In this document: positions 18,032 through 27,831 of the stretch, piece after piece
How the letters are laid out: every line of letters starts with the position of its first letter
Numbering within the stretch: the first letter of the stretch is position 1
IMG/VR virus record: IMGVR_UViG_3300030329_004008
Location: 1-55,362 of that record
DNA: 55,362 nt
DNA from: a virus
Lineage: Duplodnaviria > Caudoviricetes
Strand: one strand, 5' to 3'
Made by a program: the position numbers and the translations under genes
The notes under the pieces: model-generated
What the model saw: the letters and a program-made list of their open reading frames with translations, nothing else
What the model was told of the DNA's origin: nothing
Database searches by the model: none

Positions 18032-19969
18032 TTATTTGCTTTCTAAGGCATCTACCTTAGCTGATAATTCTTGTATTGCTTTCATCATAACAGTTATAAA
18101 TTGACTTTCGGTAACACCCATTCTGTCAATAGACCCATCTTCCTTAACAGCTCCTGGAGTGCCTGTTGTCGCCTGCTTATATACTTCGTATACCTCGTCT
18201 GCTATAAGGCCGCCTATAACTTGCTTATTCTCTCTATGCCTACCTAATTCTGCATTCCATTTAAAATCTCTAAGTTTTATACTATTCATTATTGCAAGTC
18301 CATCCATACTGGTATCTTTTATATCCTTTTTTAATCTAACATCAGAAACATTAGTCCATGCTGTATTTATATTTCCATCAGATGCTGTTACAAACTTTCC
18401 AATTTCTCCATCTTGACCATCATGAATAGTTATAATTTTAAGTTGTGTGCCATGTATATCCTGATCAGCAGATGCGTCTAAACGCAATATTTCATCACCT
18501 GCTTCCATATCACCCTCACCATGCTCAATATGAACTATTGGGATATTTGTCTCTCCACTGCTATAAACATGAAGTGGGCTTAATGGTGGATTAATTCCAA
18601 TACCAACAAAACCTCCCTTTAGATACGATACATTCCCTGAATCTAAGCTTATGTCAAGATTACCAGAAGCATCATATAAGTTCATATATCCATCCTGAGT
18701 AGAACTTTTACCCATAACACCAGAAGTTTCACCACCAGATTCCTTAACTACGATAATATTCTCACCTGTACCGTCACCTACCGCGCCCTTGACTACAAAC
18801 TTATTTCCAGGACTAGTATCGCCAATACCGACTCGCAAGTTTACACCGTCTAAAGTCATAATCGTGTTCCCAGCGGAATCATCACCCATAGGGTCTTGGT
18901 TAACAGGGTTGCCAGAACAGAAAAATAAACTTCCTTGCTGTTGTGTGGGGTCACCAGAACCATCAGCTCTAGCTCCGTTAGCAATAGCAAATTGCCTAGA
19001 ATTAGTATCTTCATTGTCACCAAATTGGAGTATTGCAGTGGTTGCAATAGCACCAGAATCTCCAGTTATAGCCACTGTATTAGTATAACCTTGTTCCGCA
19101 TCAATAGTTAAACCGCTATTACCTATTTGCAATTTTACTACTGGGTCAGTAGTTCCAATACCGACATTGCCATTAGATAGAATACACATTTTTTGAGTAG
19201 CAGTTGTTGTTCCACTATTTGTATAAAATGCAAGTTCTCCTGGCATATCATCTGTACCTGGTGTTCCATTTATTCTTGCCCTAATTATAGCAGCTTCTGT
19301 CCAAGTATCATCAGACACATCTAAACCTTCAAAAAATATATCTCCCACTATATCATTATCAGTAAGATTGGCTTGTGTCCCTCCTATTGGCCCATCACCT
19401 TTTCTAAATACTATATTTCCACCCTCATCATCAGCAGTTGTAGAATGATTAGTTATATAAAGATTAGGTCTATTGTTAGTTTCCGAGTATATTTCAAGAA
19501 GTCCAGTTGGATCATTAGTCCCAATACCTACCTTGCCACTGCCAAGTATTGTCATAACTCGATTTGATGCCCCTCCCATAAATAATCTCAGTTCTTCGTC
19601 AGCTGCTGTGCTATTGTGAGCGAAATTAATACTTCCTTTTGCACTACCTCCTTGATAAAATTCTATAATAGAGTTATGAGTAGCAGCGTTCGCATCTAGC
19701 CTTAATGTAGCATTGTCCGTAGTGGCATCTAAAGTTAATACAGGTGTAGCACTCTCTAGCTCTAATAAAGTTGCTGGCGAAGAAGTCCCAATACCGACCC
19801 TTGCTGTACCTACTGCTAAGCAAGATTCTGTTATACTTCCGTCCTTATCATCAGTAGCTATTACTCTTTCACTTCCAGCGCCTGATCCATTAAATCCAGA
19901 ATCACTCTTAGTAATAAGTAGCTTCCCATATGTAGCTGCTAGCGTCTTTCCATGTATTTCATTTGCCAT
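18032..19969 (-). CDS. Tail fibre with C-terminal S74 intramolecular chaperone
   Basis: Repeated (R/K/N)VGIGT..P...L; SDVRLKKDI...GLIADEV...KAIQELSAKV. Confidence 0.88.
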   Translation of the reverse strand: MANEIHGKTLAATYGKLLITKSDSGFNGSGAGSERVIATDDKDGSITESCLAVGTARVGIGTSSPATLLELESATPVLTLDATTDNATLRLDANAATHNSIIEFYQGGSAKGSINFAHNSTAADEELRLFMGGASNRVMTILGSGKVGIGTNDPTGLLEIYSETNNRPNLYITNHSTTADDEGGNIVFRKGDGPIGGTQANLTDNDIVGDIFFEGLDVSDDTWTEAAIIRARINGTPGTDDMPGELAFYTNSGTTTATQKMCILSNGNVGIGTTDPVVKLQIGNSGLTIDAEQGYTNTVAITGDSGAIATTAILQFGDNEDTNSRQFAIANGARADGSGDPTQQQGSLFFCSGNPVNQDPMGDDSAGNTIMTLDGVNLRVGIGDTSPGNKFVVKGAVGDGTGENIIVVKESGGETSGVMGKSSTQDGYMNLYDASGNLDISLDSGNVSYLKGGFVGIGINPPLSPLHVYSSGETNIPIVHIEHGEGDMEAGDEILRLDASADQDIHGTQLKIITIHDGQDGEIGKFVTASDGNINTAWTNVSDVRLKKDIKDTSMDGLAIMNSIKLRDFKWNAELGRHRENKQVIGGLIADEVYEVYKQATTGTPGAVKEDGSIDRMGVTESQFITVMMKAIQELSAKVDALESK

Positions 19970-19984
19970 TTCAGTTTCTCCTTA

Positions 19985-20527
19985 TTAAGGCGTCAATTGT
20001 GCTATAATCCATTCTATTGTAGTTCCGTCTGAATGAGATGCCTTAACATAAACTTCGTTACATTCTAAATCTGTTGTTCCCCTTAAACATACACTCCCAT
20101 TTGGAGGAATTACTATATAATAATGACTATCTCCATTTAAAGATACAAGTGCATTCTTAGAGCTTCCAGTATTCTTTACATATAAAAAGCCACAATCAGT
20201 AGAGTCTGTTGTTAATTGCACACCATTAGTTCCTAATGTTAAAATTCCACTCCATGTTTCGTGAGAATCTTCCCATCTATTTCCGAGCGTATCAGTAGCA
20301 TCATCCAAATCTTCCCACTTTACTTGAGTATGAAGCATTGAAGTCCACGCGTCATTCCACTGTGTAGTATCTATTTCTGCAGAACCTTTTCCACCAAGAG
20401 TTTTATTTAAAGTATCATTAGAAGTTGCACCTAAAAATGATGTTTTAGATATAGAATCTTCTTCCATTGTATCTATTCTTGTTGGGACTACATATGTGCC
20501 GAATATTACTCTTCTATCAGTTGCCAT
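19985..20527 (-). CDS. Virion structural protein (paralog of 20527..20913)
   Basis: FLYVKNTG...VSLNG..YYIVI matches FLFIKNTG...VTLND..YHILL. Confidence 0.65.
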   Translation of the reverse strand: MATDRRVIFGTYVVPTRIDTMEEDSISKTSFLGATSNDTLNKTLGGKGSAEIDTTQWNDAWTSMLHTQVKWEDLDDATDTLGNRWEDSHETWSGILTLGTNGVQLTTDSTDCGFLYVKNTGSSKNALVSLNGDSHYYIVIPPNGSVCLRGTTDLECNEVYVKASHSDGTTIEWIIAQLTP

Positions 20528-20913
20528 TACTTGCTCACAAAATATTCAACTGTTGAAGTTCCACTTGCTGTCTTAACCTTAACAACAGAACTAGTATCAA
20601 TCTCTGAAGCAAAAGCTTCTCCTTCTGATAGCAATATATGATAATTACTATCATTAAGCGTGACCCAAACATCTGTTGAGCCAGTATTTTTTATAAAAAG
20701 AAATTCATGACTACTAGTAAGTGCAGAGGAAGCAGAACTAGTAACAGGAAGAGTTTCATCATAAGTACCAGTAGTAGTTAGGCTGGCAACTGTACTACAA
20801 TCTCCTGTCAACTTTCTACCACAATCACTATCTAAATAATATCTACCACCAGAGATTACCTGTGCTTGTGGTGTGCAATGATTTTTATATCTTACGTTAT
20901 ATGTTGTTGCCAT
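20527..20913 (-). CDS. Virion structural protein (paralog of 19985..20527)
   Basis: Shared motif above; translationally coupled. Confidence 0.65.
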   Translation of the reverse strand: MATTYNVRYKNHCTPQAQVISGGRYYLDSDCGRKLTGDCSTVASLTTTGTYDETLPVTSSASSALTSSHEFLFIKNTGSTDVWVTLNDSNYHILLSEGEAFASEIDTSSVVKVKTASGTSTVEYFVSK

Positions 20914-22178
20914 TATTCGCCCTCATCACTGCTAGGTATTGCAAATGCTTGATCGTATTGCGACTGTAATTTCATCATTTGACCTTGCGTCCATTGATAA
21001 TTAGTAACTTGTTGCTGTAAATTTTGAGTATATTGCTGAACTTCCCTCCCTACATCTGCATTATATCCTTCTATTTCTTGAGAATACCTGCTAAGTTTTT
21101 GAGAATACTCATCTACTTGAGTTCTATAAGTATTAATTGCATTTTGTAAATTAATATCACTTACCTTATTATATATAGTAATCAATCTTTGAACTTCATT
21201 CTGAGATACTTGTAAATGTTCTTTTATTTCAGCTTGATATTTAGTATTTGCTTCATTAAATTCATTTACTTGATTTTGCATAGATTGAGAATATGCACTT
21301 AAATAAGTATTAATTTTATTTATTTGCGCACTAGCCAACTCTACATCTTCATCGGTCTCTATATAATCCCCAACCTGATCAAACCAATCATTAAAGTCTA
21401 CTTTACTACTATCACTTCTTAAATCAACCAATTCGCCTCCTGACGCATCAATTGCAGGAGGTGTATATGTCGGTGCGCTACCAAGAGACTCTAAATCTGT
21501 AATTGCTCCAATTTCACTATCTATGCTAGTATCATCAGCTGCATTTGTATAAGAAAATGATGGAGCTGATGGAGTATCAGGTGGAACAGCATTAATAGAT
21601 AATGCAGTAATGCTTGTGTCAGCCATTTTACTATGAAGAGCCTGTATTGATGCATACAATACTACTAGATAGACTTTATCTATTGGAAAATATAATATAT
21701 CATCATGCCCATGAGCCAGTGCACTACCTGATCCATTCACAGCATCTTTATTAACATAGTAAACCTTAAAGGCATTTGGATTTGCGCCAGGGGTAGGAAA
21801 GACACTGATCTTGCCAGCATCACCTATCATATATACTGGATTGGTCGCAGAAGCATAATTTAAACTATCAGTATCTGTAACCTCATATTGCATTGATGGA
21901 GATATTTGAGTGCAACCTCTCCACTGATTATTCGCTCCACCTTCCCTTATTACACTAATGATTTTAGCTCCATTCAAGTTCAAACTATCATTAGATGTTG
22001 TCTCTGCACTTTCTTTGCCAAACATGTACACATCACCTGGATGTCCTGTGAGCCATCTATTTGTCACATCCATAACTCCATCTTTCAAGAATTGAGATAA
22101 CTCATCTTGAGTTGGACTAGATGATCCATCTATTGCTATGCCTGTTAATGCTTCTACTTGTAAATGAAACGTTGCCAT
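20913..22178 (-). CDS. Virion neck/adaptor-like protein with C-terminal coiled coil
   Basis: ELSQFLKDGV...VFPTP...YLVVLYAS adaptor-like pattern; follows the capsid genes. Confidence 0.55.
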   Translation of the reverse strand: MATFHLQVEALTGIAIDGSSSPTQDELSQFLKDGVMDVTNRWLTGHPGDVYMFGKESAETTSNDSLNLNGAKIISVIREGGANNQWRGCTQISPSMQYEVTDTDSLNYASATNPVYMIGDAGKISVFPTPGANPNAFKVYYVNKDAVNGSGSALAHGHDDILYFPIDKVYLVVLYASIQALHSKMADTSITALSINAVPPDTPSAPSFSYTNAADDTSIDSEIGAITDLESLGSAPTYTPPAIDASGGELVDLRSDSSKVDFNDWFDQVGDYIETDEDVELASAQINKINTYLSAYSQSMQNQVNEFNEANTKYQAEIKEHLQVSQNEVQRLITIYNKVSDINLQNAINTYRTQVDEYSQKLSRYSQEIEGYNADVGREVQQYTQNLQQQVTNYQWTQGQMMKLQSQYDQAFAIPSSDEGE

Positions 22179-22195
22179 TTAATTCCTTATCTATA

Positions 22196-22247
22196 GACCT
22201 CACCCACCCCCGAGACAGACAGGAGCTACTCGGAGATGGGCTTGGTC
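22196..22247 (-). promoter_or_regulatory. Intergenic long stem-loop with a CUCCU-containing loop
   Basis: Minus: GACC-aa-GCCCATCTCCGAG-[TAGCTCCTGTCTGT]-CTCGGGGGTGGGT-ga-GGTC. G-U pairs favour the minus (sense) strand; no U-tract follows. Confidence 0.6.
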
Positions 22248-22267
22248 ATTTTGTTATTTAGCCATTC

Positions 22268-22783
22268 TTATGCTGTTGATACAGCTATACCATCACTTCC
22301 AGAGCCAATAGCTCTTCCATCTAACTCAACCATATACTTCCCTATGCCAACTACTGTAATAGTAGCTATTGAGTTTTCACCCCATAGAGAGTTTGTGGCT
22401 GCGCCAGTTATTGTAATAGTATTATTAGCTGCGGCAGCAGGTCTAAAAACAGTACATCCAACACCTGCAAACCAGCTATTAGCTGCCCAAGTGTTAGAAG
22501 ATCCAGCGGATATTGTTAAGACACCACTACCTACAAGGCTAACTTGTTGGATGATTTTGATTTGCTTGCCAATATCATCCTCACCTACAGAAGCAGGCAA
22601 GGTTACTGTTTTAGCAGCACCATCTAATAAGCAGAAGAAGGTTTTTCCAAAATCTTCATCAGTCATAGCTAATGCAGCTGTGCTATCAGCAATATCAGTA
22701 CCAGCGGCTTCTCCGAATCCACCATTTAAGGCTTTATCTAAAGCATCACCATCTTTATTTTGACCATACATTGGTATACTCAT
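22268..22783 (-). CDS. Putative capsid decoration / minor head protein
   Basis: Directly after the MCP; AGGAGG RBS; KTVTLPA...GKQIKII beta-rich pattern. Confidence 0.6.
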   Translation of the reverse strand: MSIPMYGQNKDGDALDKALNGGFGEAAGTDIADSTAALAMTDEDFGKTFFCLLDGAAKTVTLPASVGEDDIGKQIKIIQQVSLVGSGVLTISAGSSNTWAANSWFAGVGCTVFRPAAAANNTITITGAATNSLWGENSIATITVVGIGKYMVELDGRAIGSGSDGIAVSTA

Positions 22784-22795
22784 GTTTTAACCTCC

Positions 22796-24331
22796 TTATG
22801 ATGTTTTAGTCCACACAGCATGGGCTTCAGGCATACTGAATTCCATACCAGCTTCCGTTAAGATTAGATCAACCCTGCGGTCAACACCACTATTTTCAAG
22901 TGTTTGCACACCTACATAAATAGCAGTATCACGATCTACACCGTTGCCGACCAATGGACGATATTTAGCATACTTCATATTACAAGCAAGGATCTTAACG
23001 TGAGATCCGTCCAAGTGAATATTACGTACTAAGTGCATATCTCCATAAACAGTGCTTATAGTACTAACGCCTAATCCGAGTATATTTTTCTTACCAGATA
23101 CGCTAAGATCAGAATAGTAATTATTGATATTATTACTAGTATCATTACCGATCTTAAGATTTTGAAGTGCATATCCACCAAGCTGATGCAACCAATTGTA
23201 TACATCTGTTGAGCAGAAAAATACAGTAGCATTACCATTATTGTAACGTGGATCTAAGTAGCTAGACATATCATTTAAGAAATCATCTTGTGATTTGGAA
23301 GTAGACCAGCTGAATTGATTACCATAAGAGGTAACAAAATCAACAGCACCTTGAGTATAATTAATACCGCCAGAAGAATATTGGCTTCCAAATAAAAGAC
23401 TTTGTTCAATGTCCCACTTATGCTCTACTAGCTTTTCTTTCCATACACGAGCCCATTCACTAGAATCATACTTCAAAGAAGTAGCTCTGGCAGTATTAGT
23501 CATTGCCATGCTTGTTTTCCAGATCTGAGTTTGCCCGTAACCTGTACTAAACGGTTGGTCTTTCCAAGTTTCAGGATATCCAGAGCCTTCAGCATGTGCA
23601 GTACCTACTACATAAGAGCGCTTTGGTTCAAGTTGGTCATGTATTCTTAAGCTAGATATATCTTGAGCATCGATTGCATTATTAGCTGCATAGTAAGAAG
23701 CAAGTTCCACAGCTGAAGAAGTACCCTTAACTATAGTAGTTTTAAGTATAGCTGCATTGCTTACACTAGTTGTATCTACACTATCGATTTTTGCTACAAG
23801 ATATCCATCTAGAGCATCTATTACTCCACCAGAAAAACTAGCACCAGAATCCCCATAAGGAATTTTAACTAATTGATTTGGTAGAAAGAATTGCGGCTGT
23901 GTACCAGACGCACCTACTAAGATATCATTTGAAGTATTTCCAAATGTAGTCCCAATATTACCTTCAGACTCATAATCTGCACACATACAAAAATAATATG
24001 TGTCACCAGCGTCTACAGCACCTGCACTAACACTAGCATCTGTTCCAGCTAAAGCAGCAGGAGCTGATGCACCATGATTAGTTACATATGCAAAACGCTT
24101 ATGGTAAGATGGTCTACGTTCAGTAAACTTAAATGATGGATCATCTGTAGGGTTTTTTGACACCATTGACACGAATCTGAAAAACGGATCCTGTGCAATA
24201 GCTAATTCAGAAACCTGATCACCGAAGTTATACTTTCGCCTCAGATCGCCAGTATCTAAACCAGATCCAGCAGACGAAGGTGAGTCAACATCGGTAACAG
24301 TCAGGTTACTTAATTGAAATAAATCAGACAT
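22796..24331 (-). CDS. Major capsid protein (DUF5309/SU10-like, HK97 fold)
   Basis: Follows portal and scaffold; VVGTAHAEGSGYP, TQIWKT...TARAT, EHKWDIEQSLLFG, TVYGDMHLV and LTEAGME..MPEAHA. Confidence 0.9.
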   Translation of the reverse strand: MSDLFQLSNLTVTDVDSPSSAGSGLDTGDLRRKYNFGDQVSELAIAQDPFFRFVSMVSKNPTDDPSFKFTERRPSYHKRFAYVTNHGASAPAALAGTDASVSAGAVDAGDTYYFCMCADYESEGNIGTTFGNTSNDILVGASGTQPQFFLPNQLVKIPYGDSGASFSGGVIDALDGYLVAKIDSVDTTSVSNAAILKTTIVKGTSSAVELASYYAANNAIDAQDISSLRIHDQLEPKRSYVVGTAHAEGSGYPETWKDQPFSTGYGQTQIWKTSMAMTNTARATSLKYDSSEWARVWKEKLVEHKWDIEQSLLFGSQYSSGGINYTQGAVDFVTSYGNQFSWSTSKSQDDFLNDMSSYLDPRYNNGNATVFFCSTDVYNWLHQLGGYALQNLKIGNDTSNNINNYYSDLSVSGKKNILGLGVSTISTVYGDMHLVRNIHLDGSHVKILACNMKYAKYRPLVGNGVDRDTAIYVGVQTLENSGVDRRVDLILTEAGMEFSMPEAHAVWTKTS

Positions 24332-24377
24332 GATTTACCCCCCTTATTATTGTTATTTTAGACTTCTCGATAATGTA

Positions 24378-25289
24378 CTATCCAAACAATCCGTCAACTC
24401 CACCGTCAAGATCCTTAAGTACATCAAGGATTTTGTCGCCTTCAGACTTCTTCACTTCGCCAGCATTATTAGTGCTAGCTTGTGATGTCGGGATCTCACG
24501 TACATTCTTCATTTGGCGTAGGGTCTCTTCTTTAGAAGCGTTTGCAACATTTTGCTGGACCTTGTCACGGTTCACCAGATAGAATGCATCGTCTAAAGTC
24601 ATTCGATGACCTTTCGCCTTTTCCTGAAAATCCTTAAACTGCTCATCAGTTAGTTTATGGCGTTTCTTAAAGTCAACTTCAGCTTTATGCAATTCATTTT
24701 TAGCTCTTGCAGCATTGACACGTTGTCTTTCTGCAGCTAAATGTTTTTGCATGCGATTGTTCACTTGTTCATTTACCATATGATTCATAACCTTAGCAGA
24801 ATCAGAATCAGGATTGGTAACAGCTTCATGAGAATCAAAAACGAAATCTTCATCTAGCTTCAATTTATCTTGAACACTTTGATTGGGCTTACCGCCCTGC
24901 TCTAAGTAATCCTTGATATAAGGAATTAGATTTGGATCTTTTTTCATCACCTCTAACAATGGTTGTAATGGTTGGAGCTCCTTGAGCTCGGCATTTAACC
25001 TTTGTGCTTCCCGAGAAGAATCGCTGTATCGCTTTTCCCAGTCAGTACTGAGTTCTGCTTGTGTTTCTTCTACGGTTTCTCCACTATTACCAGTGTCCGA
25101 GGGGTCCTTAGCTTGCGCTTGGGGAGTTACCTGTTCTTTGTCAGTAGAGTTATCGTGCGTTATCGCACTATTTACGTCATTTTCTAACGCATCAAAGAAT
25201 GCATCAGTAGAGCTAGATTGATCTTCAGTAGTGCCTTGCATTACTGTTTCCATATCTAGGTTACCCTTTTGCTTCTTATTTTCAGCCAT
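24378..25289 (-). CDS. Capsid scaffolding protein
   Basis: Between portal and MCP; acidic N-terminus, WEKRYSDSSREAQRL coiled coil. Confidence 0.8.
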   Translation of the reverse strand: MAENKKQKGNLDMETVMQGTTEDQSSSTDAFFDALENDVNSAITHDNSTDKEQVTPQAQAKDPSDTGNSGETVEETQAELSTDWEKRYSDSSREAQRLNAELKELQPLQPLLEVMKKDPNLIPYIKDYLEQGGKPNQSVQDKLKLDEDFVFDSHEAVTNPDSDSAKVMNHMVNEQVNNRMQKHLAAERQRVNAARAKNELHKAEVDFKKRHKLTDEQFKDFQEKAKGHRMTLDDAFYLVNRDKVQQNVANASKEETLRQMKNVREIPTSQASTNNAGEVKKSEGDKILDVLKDLDGGVDGLFG

Positions 25290-25307
25290 TTCTAGCCTCC
25301 TAATTTA

Positions 25308-27701
25308 TTATTGTTTTTGGTTGTCTGTCAAATCTGCAACTTGCTGTTGAAGTTCTTTTCTGAGTTTCTCACTTTCAGCTCTTTCAATTGCTTGAAGAAT
25401 CTTCTGTTGAGAGTCAGTTTGCAAGTAGCTCTTTTCAAGTTTTGATTTTGTATCGTGAACTTTTTTATCGACCTCGGACGCACCTTGTAGCACCTTGGCT
25501 TTAATGCCAGCCTGTACAAGCTGTCTGGTCAATGTTTCGATTGTTCCATCTCTTTCTTTCACTTGTTCCTCCATAGCCGATACTTGCCCCTGTATTTGAG
25601 CTAACTGGCTCTTACGTTGAGCAATATTTTGCTTATTTTTTATATCAGTTTCTGCAAGTAACGCTATATCATCTATGACGCCTAATTGCATCAATTGTTT
25701 TAATTCTTCTAGATATGCCCATCTATTAATTGGCATTGTAGAGCCTGCAATAAGTCGAACATCGAACTGCGCTGATTCATAGTCCATATACTTACCTACA
25801 GCTTTGCCCATATCATTATACATCGGTATATTGATTTCCACTTCTTTAGGCTCTAGCAATGCGTTTGGTTGTATTATTCTAAATACTTTATTGCTAGTAT
25901 ATACGCTTTGCGAATACTGCATCACGCATTTGCCTACCTGTCTAAGTCCTGGTTCTATACAATTATTTAACCAGTATTTAATTCTTCTTGTACCATACTC
26001 ATCCATTGCAAGCATGCCACGATATGTTTCATGTTGAGTGCCAGTGTCTCCTTGCATTGAAGCATATATGCCCGCCAGATATTCCATATCACCCTTACCT
26101 TCTGCCACTATTTGCCCAAAAGCTGAAACAATAGGGGCTGGCATTACAGGTGTAGGAGCTTGAGCACCTGGTCTGATTGGTAATAATGCACCTGGACTAC
26201 TAGAATACTTTTCCCAATAACTAGTATCTATAGCCCCCTCTTCATGCATCCATCTAAGAGAAGAACCTAAAGATGCATTATGCACCATAAGTTGATGCGC
26301 TTTATTCATCTCGCGCTGCTTTCCTATCAATGGAGAGACTGCTGACATGGGATAAGGAGTTCCTGTCCACTTATAATGGAATGGTATTATTGGATATTCA
26401 GTTATCTTGTCTGGTAAAAATCTTTGTGATATTGTTTTATCGCCAATGACAATGGTCTGTTGAACCTTATCATCATAAAATTTTACAGCTTCAATTATCA
26501 TAGCCCTAAAGGTATGATCCTTTTCAAGGACCTTATATTCCTTTTCAGTTACTACTTTATTTTCAACCTTAGAAGCTTCATTCTGCAATTCAGACATTTT
26601 CTCTTGAGATGCATTCTGGATCTGTGTATTTATTAGTTCCTGCTCTTTTCTAAGTTCAAGCTCCATACGCTCAGGCAACATCTCACCTTCTTTTACTGCA
26701 TCTTGCATCTGCTTTTGCTTCTCCAGAAACGATACCTGCATTTCAGCTTGCATTTCCTGAATGTATACTTCCACCTGCTGTTTAATCTGTTGTAATATCT
26801 GTTCATCTGGCAGTACCCTGTAAAAGATATTCATATAGGGTAGCTTTATCTTTTCGTAACATTCAAAATACTCCAATAATTTCTCATCATGCTCATTAGA
26901 TTGCAATGAATTGCGCATATTAGTTCCTGCTTTATGCGTTACTCCTGCCGAATCTACTCCAGAGAATTGAGCTCCACTAGTATGCCCACCTCCCATTCCA
27001 GAGATAATATCTTTGTAAGAAAAATCTTTTTGATTTTCATCATATGTCTTGGTAGATAGATTGCCGTGATGATCATTTCTTGCAGATATATTATGAATCT
27101 TTCTAGCATTATCAGGGAACTTTTGCTTTAAATGCCCCAATGGAAGAACCTTTTTAATCATTATATATGCAGCATCTCTAAACAATATATCTCTACTTTT
27201 AGCATCTACATATACATCAAAGGGATCTGGCTGCTCTAATATAACCTCCCCCATACCTCTATCAGCATTAGCATCTACATTGACCATAACATAACCAACT
27301 GACTTAGTTACTGAATCATTAATAGCATTAGAAAGTAAAGCACTACCATCAGAATGATACCAAATATAGTCCGCTATATCAGAAAAGACTGCAGCCACAT
27401 CAGTATCGCTACCCTCAGCCCCGATAGCTTGCCACCGAGGCCGATTAGCGGTAGCGTAAAAATTTAGCATTTCAACTACAGGTATAATCCTATTAATAGT
27501 AAAAGTAGGCATACCTTGAGCTTCTAAAGCTTCTGTCTCTTCAGCACTTAATTGATTATCATTAGCAAAGTCAAAACCTTGCTGATTAATAAATTCCCAC
27601 TGTTGCCTCAATCCGCTTTCTGCAATCTCAAAGAGATTCAGAATTCTATCGGCAGTCTTATCGTTAATGCCTTTGTATTTACGTTTTCTCTTCCGTGCCA
27701 T
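25308..27701 (-). CDS. Portal protein (P22-like)
   Basis: PTFTINRIIPVV, PDPFDVYVD, YPIIPF, LIGKQREMNKA and FDVRLIAGST; C-terminal coiled coil; after TerL. Confidence 0.9.
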   Translation of the reverse strand: MARKRKRKYKGINDKTADRILNLFEIAESGLRQQWEFINQQGFDFANDNQLSAEETEALEAQGMPTFTINRIIPVVEMLNFYATANRPRWQAIGAEGSDTDVAAVFSDIADYIWYHSDGSALLSNAINDSVTKSVGYVMVNVDANADRGMGEVILEQPDPFDVYVDAKSRDILFRDAAYIMIKKVLPLGHLKQKFPDNARKIHNISARNDHHGNLSTKTYDENQKDFSYKDIISGMGGGHTSGAQFSGVDSAGVTHKAGTNMRNSLQSNEHDEKLLEYFECYEKIKLPYMNIFYRVLPDEQILQQIKQQVEVYIQEMQAEMQVSFLEKQKQMQDAVKEGEMLPERMELELRKEQELINTQIQNASQEKMSELQNEASKVENKVVTEKEYKVLEKDHTFRAMIIEAVKFYDDKVQQTIVIGDKTISQRFLPDKITEYPIIPFHYKWTGTPYPMSAVSPLIGKQREMNKAHQLMVHNASLGSSLRWMHEEGAIDTSYWEKYSSSPGALLPIRPGAQAPTPVMPAPIVSAFGQIVAEGKGDMEYLAGIYASMQGDTGTQHETYRGMLAMDEYGTRRIKYWLNNCIEPGLRQVGKCVMQYSQSVYTSNKVFRIIQPNALLEPKEVEINIPMYNDMGKAVGKYMDYESAQFDVRLIAGSTMPINRWAYLEELKQLMQLGVIDDIALLAETDIKNKQNIAQRKSQLAQIQGQVSAMEEQVKERDGTIETLTRQLVQAGIKAKVLQGASEVDKKVHDTKSKLEKSYLQTDSQQKILQAIERAESEKLRKELQQQVADLTDNQKQ

Positions 27702-27831
27702 CTTTCTCCTTTATCTTGGCCTTGCAAGAATTACAAACGACAAACTCCCTTGGAGGATGTGCTTCTTGTTCTAATTTAAATAATCTATTCTCAATACTCA
27801 TAATTCTTTTCCTAAGATTCTCATAATTCAT
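27679..27831 (-). CDS. Small protein, 50 aa (MNYENLRKRIMSIENRLFKLEQEAHPPREFVVCNSCKAKIKEKDGTEEKT)
   Basis: Manually translated; ATGA overlap with the TerL stop; CxxC. Confidence 0.6.
   Translation of the reverse strand: MNYENLRKRIMSIENRLFKLEQEAHPPREFVVCNSCKAKIKEKDGTEEKT

Noticed and set aside
6367-19969. Diversity-generating retroelement acting on the fibres
   Set aside because: No reverse transcriptase and no template/variable repeat pair noticed; shared C-termini are explained by S74 domains.
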